Notes under the pieces: model-generated | Told to the model about the DNA's origin: nothing | Seen by the model: only the letters and a program-made list of their open reading frames with translations | The model's database searches: none | Translations under genes and position numbers: made by a program | Part shown: positions 9,331-17,551 of the stretch, piece by piece | Numbering within the stretch: position 1 is the stretch's first letter | Layout: each line of letters starts with the position of its first letter | Assembly (NCBI GenBank): GCA_041738615.1 | Contig: JBGSPL010000004.1 | Location: 129,203 to 193,202, forward strand | DNA: 64,000 bases | Origin: Patescibacteria group bacterium | Lineage (GTDB): Bacteria; Patescibacteriota; CPR2; UBA1875; CAIMLA01 | Direction: 5' to 3'

Positions 9331-11604
9331 CTACTGATTAAATTTGTATAGAGCACCGTCGGCAAAGACGTAAACTGTTTTGTTGGCATCATCTACCGAA
9401 ACGCCGCTAATATTCTTTAGTGTGGCGCCATTGTATTGACCGATGTACTTACCATTTGTGTCGGCACGGACTATAGATCCACTATTCGTCAGGTAAATCC
9501 CCGTAGTGTCTTCGTTCGCGAAGTTGCTACTGATGCCACTGAGGGTCAGAGGAAGGTCATTGATGCTGTAACTTTGCTTCTTACCGCCCAGATACTTTAC
9601 GGTATCCCCGTTTTTCTTAGTGGCATAAACGTTGCTATCGATTGCTAGCGCAATGGTATCTTTTGCCGTGCTGCCATCGGTAATGTAGGCAGTGCGTGCC
9701 GAGTATCCTGTAGAAGTTTTGGTTCTTTTGTAAATCTGGCCTGCCGCATCAACAGTATAGATATTTGTTGAGAAAGAGGCCATGGCTGTAGGTACTTCCA
9801 TGTCTCCAGCAATCGCTTGTTTGGTCAGAGTAACGTCTTTAACGTCAAATTCGTATAGGGCGCCTTTGTCGGTAAAGAGGACGATGGTGCTTCGGACCGT
9901 GACGGCTGTGACAGCGGCAACTTTGCCTTCTAGCTTTGGCTTATCGAGCACGTTTGAGGCTTCGCCGGCAAGGCTTACGGCTGCGATGCTCCCATTGTCT
10001 TTACTTATGATGTAGGCATTCTTCCCGATTACAAAAGGTCCAAAGGTATTTTTGCCTGTAATGTTTGTCGTGTCCGCTAGCTTACTAGTAGTCACTCTGG
10101 TGATTGCAAGGACTCCGTCTAGTGCGCTGTTGATATCTTTCTCTAGTGTAGAGACTCTGTCTTTTAGTGAAGGATTAGATTCTAGTCCTTTTGCGATACT
10201 AAGAGCACTATTTAGGGTATTTGCCGACTTGCCTCTATTGCCGCTTGCAGCTTCAGCCTTACCGATCGTGAGCTTGCTTTGAGCCTCTGTATAGCTCGCT
10301 TCTGCTAGTTTTTGGTGCTCTGCGTTTTCGCGCAATCTCCAGACGGCAAAGACACTGATGATAAGCACAAGCGCTAGCGCGGATGCGGCAATCAGTAGGT
10401 TTCTCTTATTCCCTTTGTTCTTTTTCAGTTTGTCGCCGAGTCTGTCCTTTAGTTTACCAGCATAGCTAAAGTCTATCTTCTCGAGCTTCAGCCACTTGGG
10501 TTTATTGTGGGATTCTTTAATGTGGATTACATTCCCGCTAGCCTTGGTAGTCTCTAAAAAGCTATTGGCGTGCTCGTTTACGGTAATATCAGAAAAATCA
10601 GCGGGAGCTTCACTAACCTCAATCACTTCTTTCGGCTTCTCAAGGGCCGCTGGCCTCTCCTTTTTCGATTTAATGTTTTGGCCGCCCTTGGTAATCAAAC
10701 CCGAGAGAGCGTCATAGGCGTCTAGAGTAGTGTCGTGAATCCAGGGCCATGCGCTTGCGACAATAAAGCCAGTCATTGCCTTCCAGCCTCGTCGGGTATA
10801 GTAGATGGCTTTCTGGGCAAAGGGAGCCGAGCGCTCAATCACGGTTTCCATCGGTTTATTTGGTTCAGTAAGCCAGACTTCATCATTAATCTCAGTAACA
10901 GTCTCTTCACTCGCGGCCTCTGGGGTGATGGCCTCAATAATAAGGATCGAGTTTGGCTGCATCTCTGTATTGTTACCTTCAAGTAGGTCGGCCAGGTGGC
11001 TTATCGCAATCTTTGGCTGGAATTCCTCGACATACTTTTGGAGTTCGTCTTTGGAAATATGGAAGAAGACTCCTGGAGTTACGGCAACAATCTTGTCTCC
11101 TTCTAGTAGGTCACCAGAGGCAATATTGGTAAAAGTTCGCAGCGGATTGATGTTATCACCGGCCAGCTCACGAGTGATGTGGCTTGATTTACCCCCTCGG
11201 TAGAGATAGGCTTCGGCTTTTCCTGTCTGGGTAATATGGATAGTATCACCGGTATGAACGGCAAGAATCGCATTCAGATTGTTTAGCCAGTGGATGTTGC
11301 CATTGTGGGTAATGTCAGCAAGCTCCTCGTTGACTCTGGCGAGAGCGGCCTCGAAGCTAGTGAGCGGATCTTTCTCGAGGTCTTGGTAGTATTCACCAAA
11401 AAAAGCGTCAACAATCAGTTCGGCGACCTCTTCGGCGCTAGCCGCAGGTGCGTTTACATTTACTAACGCATATATAGAACCATGATTACGTTCGTCGACA
11501 TCATTGGGATTGTGCTCATAGGCAATAGCTATGCCTTGATGCCGTCGGCTCCTCTTGGATTCACTCAAAAGTTTCGCTGTGCGCGCAATTAATTTTTTAT
11601 GCAT
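9331..11604 (-). CDS. Membrane protein: N-terminal PP2C-like fold, single TM, C-terminal beta-propeller-like domain
   Basis: 757 aa; degenerate PP2C-like N-terminus, one hydrophobic helix near aa 405-425, beta-rich tail. Confidence 0.6.
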   Translation of the reverse strand: MHKKLIARTAKLLSESKRSRRHQGIAIAYEHNPNDVDERNHGSIYALVNVNAPAASAEEVAELIVDAFFGEYYQDLEKDPLTSFEAALARVNEELADITHNGNIHWLNNLNAILAVHTGDTIHITQTGKAEAYLYRGGKSSHITRELAGDNINPLRTFTNIASGDLLEGDKIVAVTPGVFFHISKDELQKYVEEFQPKIAISHLADLLEGNNTEMQPNSILIIEAITPEAASEETVTEINDEVWLTEPNKPMETVIERSAPFAQKAIYYTRRGWKAMTGFIVASAWPWIHDTTLDAYDALSGLITKGGQNIKSKKERPAALEKPKEVIEVSEAPADFSDITVNEHANSFLETTKASGNVIHIKESHNKPKWLKLEKIDFSYAGKLKDRLGDKLKKNKGNKRNLLIAASALALVLIISVFAVWRLRENAEHQKLAEASYTEAQSKLTIGKAEAASGNRGKSANTLNSALSIAKGLESNPSLKDRVSTLEKDINSALDGVLAITRVTTSKLADTTNITGKNTFGPFVIGKNAYIISKDNGSIAAVSLAGEASNVLDKPKLEGKVAAVTAVTVRSTIVLFTDKGALYEFDVKDVTLTKQAIAGDMEVPTAMASFSTNIYTVDAAGQIYKRTKTSTGYSARTAYITDGSTAKDTIALAIDSNVYATKKNGDTVKYLGGKKQSYSINDLPLTLSGISSNFANEDTTGIYLTNSGSIVRADTNGKYIGQYNGATLKNISGVSVDDANKTVYVFADGALYKFNQ

Positions 11605-11739
11605 TCCTAAGGCCTTAATACGTAAGAAACTATAACACTTTTGTGCGGTTATGACAATTATTTGTAGGTTAAATTATTCTGTTGATTTATGGCCCAAAAA
11701 GAGTAGTATATGCTCATCGCAGCCGGAGAGGGAGGGGCT

Positions 11740-11880
11740 ATGAACCAATGGGGGCCGATTGACTGGGCCAGTTTCTGGCTCATCGTTCTGACCGTCCTCG
11801 GAGTCGGGGGCATGATGCTCGCAGTTTGGCTTGGCGGTGCCGCTCAGAGATCACAGCGGCGCATGGAGAACATCGAGTAA
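11740..11880 (+). CDS. 46-aa single-TM peptide (MNQWGPIDWASFWLIVL...), not in ORF track
   Basis: GGAGG SD, ATG 11740, TAA 11880; TTGATT/TAGTAT promoter upstream. Confidence 0.65.
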   Translation: MNQWGPIDWASFWLIVLTVLGVGGMMLAVWLGGAAQRSQRRMENIE

Positions 11881-11892
11881 GGAGGGGTCCCG

Positions 11893-12033
11893 ATGTACGA
11901 CATTCCAATGTGGGCGGTCTATACCATCGGAGCCGTAGCCGTCTTGGCGGCGAGCGCCTTCTTCAAGACAGTCTTGTGGGAGAAATCGATTGAGGAAGTA
12001 GAGGAGGAACAGGGCGCTGTAGACGCCACCTGA
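11893..12033 (+). CDS. 46-aa single-TM peptide with acidic tail (MYDIPMWAVY...), not in ORF track
   Basis: TAAGGAGG SD overlapping the previous stop codon. Confidence 0.65.
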   Translation: MYDIPMWAVYTIGAVAVLAASAFFKTVLWEKSIEEVEEEQGAVDAT

Positions 12034-12077
12034 CAGGTACTCGCTAAGTGCGAATCTCGATTGAAAGGAACTGTCCG

Positions 12078-12326
12078 ATGGATTCCCCAGTGTTCATGCC
12101 CTCATCAGAGTGGCAGCTAGGCTTTGCAGCGGCATGCGGTTTCGGTGTCCTCGTATTCTTCGGAATCAGCAGGATGCTCAGCCGATCACAGATCAAGAGT
12201 GACGATGTCTCGGCAGACATCGACGGACTCTATCCGCGCGAGGTCAACGAGATCGACGACGACCCGGTCGGGAACTACGAGGCGAGCATTGCACGGGCTA
12301 CCGGTCTCGACGGCGCGCCGTCCTAG
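12078..12326 (+). CDS. 82-aa single-TM protein with acidic tail
   Basis: GAAAGGA SD before ATG 12078; followed by a hairpin and U tract. Confidence 0.6.
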   Translation: MDSPVFMPSSEWQLGFAAACGFGVLVFFGISRMLSRSQIKSDDVSADIDGLYPREVNEIDDDPVGNYEASIARATGLDGAPS

Positions 12327-12371
12327 CCACACAGGCGCCTGGCAGGCGCGAACACCTACCTCGAGTGGAGG

Positions 12372-12412
12372 GACCCGGATTACTGCTTTGGCGGTCTCCG
12401 GGTTTTTGTTTG
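12372..12412 (+). terminator. Intrinsic terminator
   Basis: GACCCGGA...TCCGGGTT followed by TTTGTTT. Confidence 0.6.
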
Positions 12413-12453
12413 TCTACTGGAATCATTATTTTGTATAAAGTAGTATACAGAAG

Positions 12454-12702
12454 ATGTATACAAGAATTGATAAAAAGATAAAAACGATAGCCCTTTTTGA
12501 AAACGGGAAGGTAATTCCGAAGATTTTTCGCTATGCAAACCGTGACTACAAAGTAAGGGGAATCAGCCTAGCTTATCAGGAACGGGAGGGTCGGTCGGTA
12601 AATTACTATTTTGGTATTGAGACCGATGAGGGCGGTGTCTATAAGCTTCATTACAACGACGAGAAACTCACCTGGTGGTTGGACGAAGTATGGCAAGATT
12701 AA
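12454..12702 (+). CDS. Small beta-rich protein overlapping the dinB start (DUF6504 / ImuB-C-terminus-like by resemblance)
   Basis: 82 aa, IPKIFRY...YYF...YKLHY...WWL pattern; overlaps the dinB ATG. Confidence 0.7.
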   Translation: MYTRIDKKIKTIALFENGKVIPKIFRYANRDYKVRGISLAYQEREGRSVNYYFGIETDEGGVYKLHYNDEKLTWWLDEVWQD

Positions 12703-13904
12703 TCCTTCATATCGATATGAACTCGTATTTTGCCACTGTGGAGCAGCAGGCGAACCCGAAACTTCGTGGCAAACCGATTGCCGTGATGGGCAGTACGGCA
12801 AAGCGGAGCATTATCGTTGCGGCAAGTATAGAGGCCAAGCGCTACGGGGTAAAGACCGCAACTAGGATAGATGAGGCGTTACGGCTCTGCCCTGAGCTGG
12901 TACTTGTAAACGGCGAACCGCGCAAATATAGCTGGGTGACGAAGAAGTTTATCGACATATTTGAGGGCTACACAGATAAGGTGGAGATCTTTTCTATAGA
13001 CGAGGCGTTTCTAGACGTGACCAAGACGGCAAATATTTATGGTGGGGCAGAGCAAATCGCTCTATCCATCAAGCAGCGGATTCGCGATGAGATTGGTAGC
13101 TACATCTCCTGCTCAGTAGGGATTGCAAAGAACAAATTTCTAGCAAAGACAGGCAGTGACCTCAAGAAGCCTGACGGTCTCACTATTATTACAGATGAGA
13201 ATGTTGATGACATTCTATTGTCGCTGCCCCTTTGTGAATTCTGCGGCATCGGCAAGCGGATCTTAGCGCGGCTAGGGGCCCTGGGAATCGGAACTACGCA
13301 ACAGCTGCGAGATTACCCAAACGTGCTTCTAAACAGGGAATTCGGAATCGCTAGTGGCGAGAAACTAAAAAGAATGGCCTACGGCATGGACAGCTCGCCG
13401 GTAATCAGTCGTCACGACAGGGCTGATGCCAAGTCTTATGGACATTCCAGGACCCTGAACAAGAATGTTACGGACAGAAATGAAATACGAAAGCATATGT
13501 TGCTTCTCTCCGAGAAGGTGGCCACGAGGATGCGCAAAGATGGCTGTATGGCTAAGGAGGTGGGGCTTTGGATTCGTTTTGGTGACTTTACCGGAGTGGG
13601 GCAACGTCATCGTATCGGCAAGTGGACCCACGATGGAGTAGAAGTATACGATGCAGCGGTAAAAATACTGGAGTTACTAGATCTACGGGCGCCGGTACGG
13701 GCCATCGGGGTCTACGCGGCCCAGATTCAGAGGGATTCCCATACGACTGCTAGTTTGCTTCCGGAAGATACGATAAACGACAAGATTCTGGCTGCTATGG
13801 ACGCCGTGAATAACCGTTTTGGTGAGACGGTAGTAACTCGTGCTAGACTGGCTGGAGTAAAAATCAAGGAGGTGGTTTCTGGTATGGGGAGGGATAAGTT
13901 CTAA
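12690..13904 (+). CDS. dinB: DNA polymerase IV (Y-family)
   Basis: HIDMNSYFATVE, SIDEAFLD, KKPDG motifs; C-terminal DAVNNRFG. Confidence 0.93.
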   Translation: MARLILHIDMNSYFATVEQQANPKLRGKPIAVMGSTAKRSIIVAASIEAKRYGVKTATRIDEALRLCPELVLVNGEPRKYSWVTKKFIDIFEGYTDKVEIFSIDEAFLDVTKTANIYGGAEQIALSIKQRIRDEIGSYISCSVGIAKNKFLAKTGSDLKKPDGLTIITDENVDDILLSLPLCEFCGIGKRILARLGALGIGTTQQLRDYPNVLLNREFGIASGEKLKRMAYGMDSSPVISRHDRADAKSYGHSRTLNKNVTDRNEIRKHMLLLSEKVATRMRKDGCMAKEVGLWIRFGDFTGVGQRHRIGKWTHDGVEVYDAAVKILELLDLRAPVRAIGVYAAQIQRDSHTTASLLPEDTINDKILAAMDAVNNRFGETVVTRARLAGVKIKEVVSGMGRDKF

Positions 13905-13909
13905 AAATG

Positions 13910-13938
13910 TTGACGGCACATTCCCCGAGGTTTATATT
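13910..13938 (+). promoter_or_regulatory. sigma70 promoter for candidate ncRNA 1
   Basis: TTGACG-17-TATATT. Confidence 0.65.
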
Positions 13939-13944
13939 AACGAT

Positions 13945-14532
13945 ACGCTGAAAGACCTGAATACTCGGAATTAGGGTTATCTAAGCGTGTTCCTAGACCC
14001 CTGCAACCGCAACTGCCTTTTGTTAGTAGCATGTGCCGACGCCGGGAGAACGTGTAGGAAAAACAAGATATTGCTGCGAGATCAACACCTCTCCGAGTGG
14101 GTGGGTTTCTCGCAAAGCGGGACTTTGCATTTTAGGCCGCTGGTAACTCGACTAACGAGTGGCCCACGCCGAAACGAGGGTGCACCCCTAGTCCATTGGG
14201 GCCTCGTGTTGCATTAAAGTCCAAGTCTATAACGTACCAGCATCTGTTCAGGTACCACTTGTAGGCGCATGTCCTGGTCGAAACGCTGCATTACTGCTGT
14301 CCTAGAGGCGGTAGGGGTGCAAGATCACTGATCAGGCAAGATAAGGTGCCATTAAGGCCCATATAGTACAGTCGCGTAATATCGCCACGAAGCAGAGAGC
14401 TCGGGCGCGGAGGCTGTCAGCGGGAACCGATTGGTACAAAGCTAGGCCGGCATGGTTGACCGTTACTGTGGTCACTTTGCCCTCGTTCGCGGATTTTGTA
14501 CCGCGATCACGGGGGCCATGCCGGCCCCTTTC
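13945..14532 (+). ncRNA. Candidate large structured ncRNA 1 (family not recognised)
   Basis: Own promoter, no credible ORF, nested stems (ACGCT/AGCGT, TGCGAGA/TCTCGCA, GGACTTT/AAAGTCC, GGCCGGCATGG/CCATGCCGGCC). Confidence 0.55.
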
Positions 14533-14547
14533 ATGACTACAAACGCC

Positions 14548-14576
14548 TTGACAAAAAGGCTTTACGGGCGTATAAT
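14548..14576 (+). promoter_or_regulatory. Perfect consensus sigma70 promoter for candidate ncRNA 2
   Basis: TTGACA-17-TATAAT. Confidence 0.85.
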
Positions 14577-14584
14577 TCATTTTC

Positions 14585-15139
14585 GTGCATGACATCAAGT
14601 CTGCACATCCAAGGGGGGACGGCGCCAGCAGTAACGAGCAAGCGGTGAAGGGGGCGCCAGGATTGGCCCACGTGACGGACTCGTCCGTTATGAAAGGCTC
14701 TGCCGTCAACCAAGCAAGCGTGACGACAGGGTTCTGCCAATCTTTGAGGCATCGAGGCACGAAGCCCCACTTGGCGGATCTCACCGGTATGATACGGTGA
14801 GAGACGAATATTCTACGCCTATGGCGTATGCACCATATCGCAATTGCGATTGCCCCTCCTTGGAAGGGCTTAGAGGGAGAGAACCTCTAAGTGGGACGGT
14901 TCGAAACCGTAGGGGGCGCCAGAACCTCCGCGTGAGTTAGGCCGCAAGGCTGTTTCTCGCGCTCATAGGCGAGCTGGATATGGATAAGGGTCCACAAGCA
15001 TTCTAGCAAACTAGACCTCATCCCACTGTTCAGCGCCCATCAGTCCCCAGACTGATGGTTCGGGAGTAATCCCAAAGCACGGCTCGGAGTCCTTCGTGGG
15101 TACCAGTACCACAACGAAGGCCTTCGGGCCTTTTCATTT
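14585..15139 (+). ncRNA. Candidate large structured ncRNA 2 containing a tRNA-like module
   Basis: Consensus promoter, cUUCGg terminator, many hairpins with GCAA/GTAA tetraloops, no SD-led ORF. Confidence 0.6.
15116..15139 (+). terminator. Intrinsic terminator of candidate ncRNA 2
   Basis: GAAGGCC-TTCG-GGCCTTT followed by TCATTT. Confidence 0.75.
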
Positions 15140-15144
15140 ACATT

Positions 15145-15873
15145 CTATTTGTCTGGCTTTATCGCTATGGCAATGAGGTTTGGGTCTTTTTTACCATCAA
15201 CTCTTTTCTCAGCACTAGAGAGGATTTTTATTGCGGTAAAACCGGCCTTCTGTAATTCGTTTATGGTTTCTTTCTTAGTCCAGGCATGAAAATAACGTTT
15301 AGTCATAATATTTTTATGGACGCTCTTCCATGGCATCAGAAAGTCTCCATAATCGAGTCTGGATCTGCCGGCGGTAATTCGAACGCTTTCTTTTACTATT
15401 TCTTTTAGGTATTTTGGTTCGTTCCAAAAATACCAATTAGTAATTATTATTTTGCCACCTGGTTTTGTAATTCTAAACACTTCATTCAGGGCTTCCCTTC
15501 GACTTGCCTTCCCCGGTAGGTGGTGAAGAGTAGCCACTGAAAGAGTAAGATCGAAGGAGTCATTTTTGTAAGGAGTTTTTAAGATATTGCCAACCGCGAA
15601 ATTACCAGTAGGATACTTGGTTTTTGCAATTTCGATTAGCTTGTCACTAAGATCAATCCCAAAGTAGTTTACCTTATTGTCTATGAGCTCGTAGATTCTG
15701 CCACTACCGCACCCCAGATCGGCGATTTTGAAATTATCTGCAGATTTGATTTCGGAGAGCAGTTTCTTAAGGCTTGGCCAGTTGTATTTCCGCGTGCTCG
15801 CAAAGTGATGCGCAATCAGGTTATAATCATCACGGGTTTTGTCTATTAAATTTTGAGCAGTTTGTTTATTCAT
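15145..15873 (-). CDS. Class I SAM methyltransferase, Trm9/ALKBH8-MT-like
   Basis: YNLIAHHFASTR..W, DLGCGSGR, SVATLHHL, DFLMPW, RYFH match Trm9/ALKBH8 motifs. Confidence 0.8.
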   Translation of the reverse strand: MNKQTAQNLIDKTRDDYNLIAHHFASTRKYNWPSLKKLLSEIKSADNFKIADLGCGSGRIYELIDNKVNYFGIDLSDKLIEIAKTKYPTGNFAVGNILKTPYKNDSFDLTLSVATLHHLPGKASRREALNEVFRITKPGGKIIITNWYFWNEPKYLKEIVKESVRITAGRSRLDYGDFLMPWKSVHKNIMTKRYFHAWTKKETINELQKAGFTAIKILSSAEKRVDGKKDPNLIAIAIKPDK

Positions 15874-17443
15874 GAATGTAAAAAAAGAAATTATTTATAA
15901 TCTTATCGCAGGAAGGGCACGGACTCGGGCTGATTTTCGGCGTGTCGTGGCTTCAGTGTATAGAGATGATAACACGAGCGGGTATCATTCGAACATTGAT
16001 TTGCGCGAAACTTATGACGAAATGATAGTGAGCGACGGGATCGATGTAGACGAGAATATCGAGAAGCTCCTAATGACCAAGAAAATGCGTTCGCTGTCCG
16101 GGGTTTCCGTAATTACCGTCCTTACGAAGCCCTATCCTTGCCCCGGGAAGTGTATTTATTGTCCCAGTATTGTCGATGTGCCAAAAAGTTACTTGCCCGA
16201 TGAGCCAGCGGTAATGCGCGCCATACTAGCGGGTTATGACGCTAAAAAGCAGGTAGAAACCCGGCTAAAGTCACTAGTTCGCCAAGGTCATCCGGTAGAT
16301 AAGGTCGAGCTGATTGTCATTGGCGGAACCTTTAGCCACCTACCCCGCAAATATCAGGAAGAGTTTATAAAGGATTGCCTTGATGCTCTAAATGGGGTAG
16401 TTTCGAAGACTCTAGCCGCGGCCAAAGCTCAGAATGAGACCGCAGATTCACGTTGCGTGGGCCTGACTCTAGAGACGAGACCAGATCATATAACCCCAGA
16501 GGAAGTAGTGTGGTTTCGCTACCTCGGTGCAACCAGGGTTGAGCTAGGAGTCCAGACGGTATTCGATGACATTCTAAAGCTAAATGGTAGGGGGGAAAAC
16601 GTTGAGGCCACGGTTGAGGCAACTCGGCTACTTAAAGACGCTGGTTTCAAGATATGTTATCATCTGATGCCAAACCTCTATGGTTCTGACTTGGCTCGAG
16701 ATAAAGAGATGTTCCAAATAGTCTTCACTGACCAACGTTTCAAACCAGACTACATCAAGATTTATCCCTGTATGGTGATGGAAAGTACACCGCTTTATGA
16801 TCTTTGGAGGAAAGGAAAATACGTAAGCTACACCGACGATGAGCTGATAGAGCTAATCTGCGAGATAAAGAAAACTGTGCCATATTGGGTCCGAATCATG
16901 CGCACCATTCGTGATATCCCGGCACCAAATATCGAATCGGGGTCCAAGATGTCAAACATGCGTCAGATTATCTTACAGAAAGCAGAGCAAGAAGGTTGGG
17001 CATGTAACTGCATTCGTTGTCGGGAGATTGGCGCTAAGGCACAGGAGGAAGCAGCAGGAATCGCTCAATTTGTTGAGGAGTATCAGGCTAGTGAGGGCAA
17101 GGAATATTTTCTCAGCTTCGAGGATAAAGATAGAAGGAATCTCTACTCCTTGCTGCGGCTACGAATCCCCGGCACTAGCGAGATAGGGGAAGCTTTGCCT
17201 GAAATAGCAGGGTGCGCTTTGATTCGAGAAGTCCATACGTACGGACAACAGATTGAGATTGGCGAACAGGGAGATACGCAACACCGCGGCTACGGCAAGA
17301 AGTTGGTTGTCGAAGCTGAAAGAATAGCTAGGGGTAATGGATACGAAAGGGTAGCTGTTATTTCTGGGGTTGGTGTCCGTAGCTATTACCATAAGTTTGG
17401 CTACAAACTTAATGGCGAATACATGGTGAAAACACTCGACTAA
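15872..17443 (+). CDS. elp3: Elp3-family radical SAM / acetyltransferase (tRNA U34 carboxymethylation)
   Basis: CPGKCIYCP, ETRPD, ELGVQ, CIRCRE, REVHTYG, QHRGYG, VISGVGVR motifs. Confidence 0.92.
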   Translation: MNVKKEIIYNLIAGRARTRADFRRVVASVYRDDNTSGYHSNIDLRETYDEMIVSDGIDVDENIEKLLMTKKMRSLSGVSVITVLTKPYPCPGKCIYCPSIVDVPKSYLPDEPAVMRAILAGYDAKKQVETRLKSLVRQGHPVDKVELIVIGGTFSHLPRKYQEEFIKDCLDALNGVVSKTLAAAKAQNETADSRCVGLTLETRPDHITPEEVVWFRYLGATRVELGVQTVFDDILKLNGRGENVEATVEATRLLKDAGFKICYHLMPNLYGSDLARDKEMFQIVFTDQRFKPDYIKIYPCMVMESTPLYDLWRKGKYVSYTDDELIELICEIKKTVPYWVRIMRTIRDIPAPNIESGSKMSNMRQIILQKAEQEGWACNCIRCREIGAKAQEEAAGIAQFVEEYQASEGKEYFLSFEDKDRRNLYSLLRLRIPGTSEIGEALPEIAGCALIREVHTYGQQIEIGEQGDTQHRGYGKKLVVEAERIARGNGYERVAVISGVGVRSYYHKFGYKLNGEYMVKTLD

Positions 17444-17551
17444 ACCTGGGAAATATGATATAATTTTGCGGTTACATTGAGTTATTCTTCTAGCCTGGCG
17501 AGAAGTTCTCAGCGAGCATAGAACAATAACTTTTTATTTTGGAGAGAAACT

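Noticed and set aside
9226-9351. 41-aa hydrophobic ORF after argS (MDFSELKAII...)
   Set aside because: No clear SD, overlaps the convergent gene and contains a terminator-like hairpin (AAACAGTGG/CCACTGTTT); not enough support
14445-14456. GGCCGGCATGGT matches the 5' end of the HDV genomic ribozyme
   Set aside because: It pairs as a simple 11-bp stem with 14516-14526; no P3/L3 or nested pseudoknot found
13987-14800. ORF-track ORFs inside the dinB-methyltransferase gap
   Set aside because: No SD, atypical composition, several cross the internal promoter; better explained as structured RNA
14852-14921. Canonical tRNA gene
   Set aside because: Miniature D-arm, 9-bp anticodon stem, no U33 and a short T stem; reported only as tRNA-like
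14911-14980. CPEB3/theta-type HDV-like ribozyme after the CCA
   Set aside because: A possible P2 (CCAG/CTGG) exists but the P1 and P3 partners do not pair
14585-15139. RNase P RNA or group I/II intron identity for the candidate RNAs
   Set aside because: No GAGGAAAGTCC or ACAGAA..GGCTTA P4 strands, no convincing domain V or P7 elements, and no interrupted host gene
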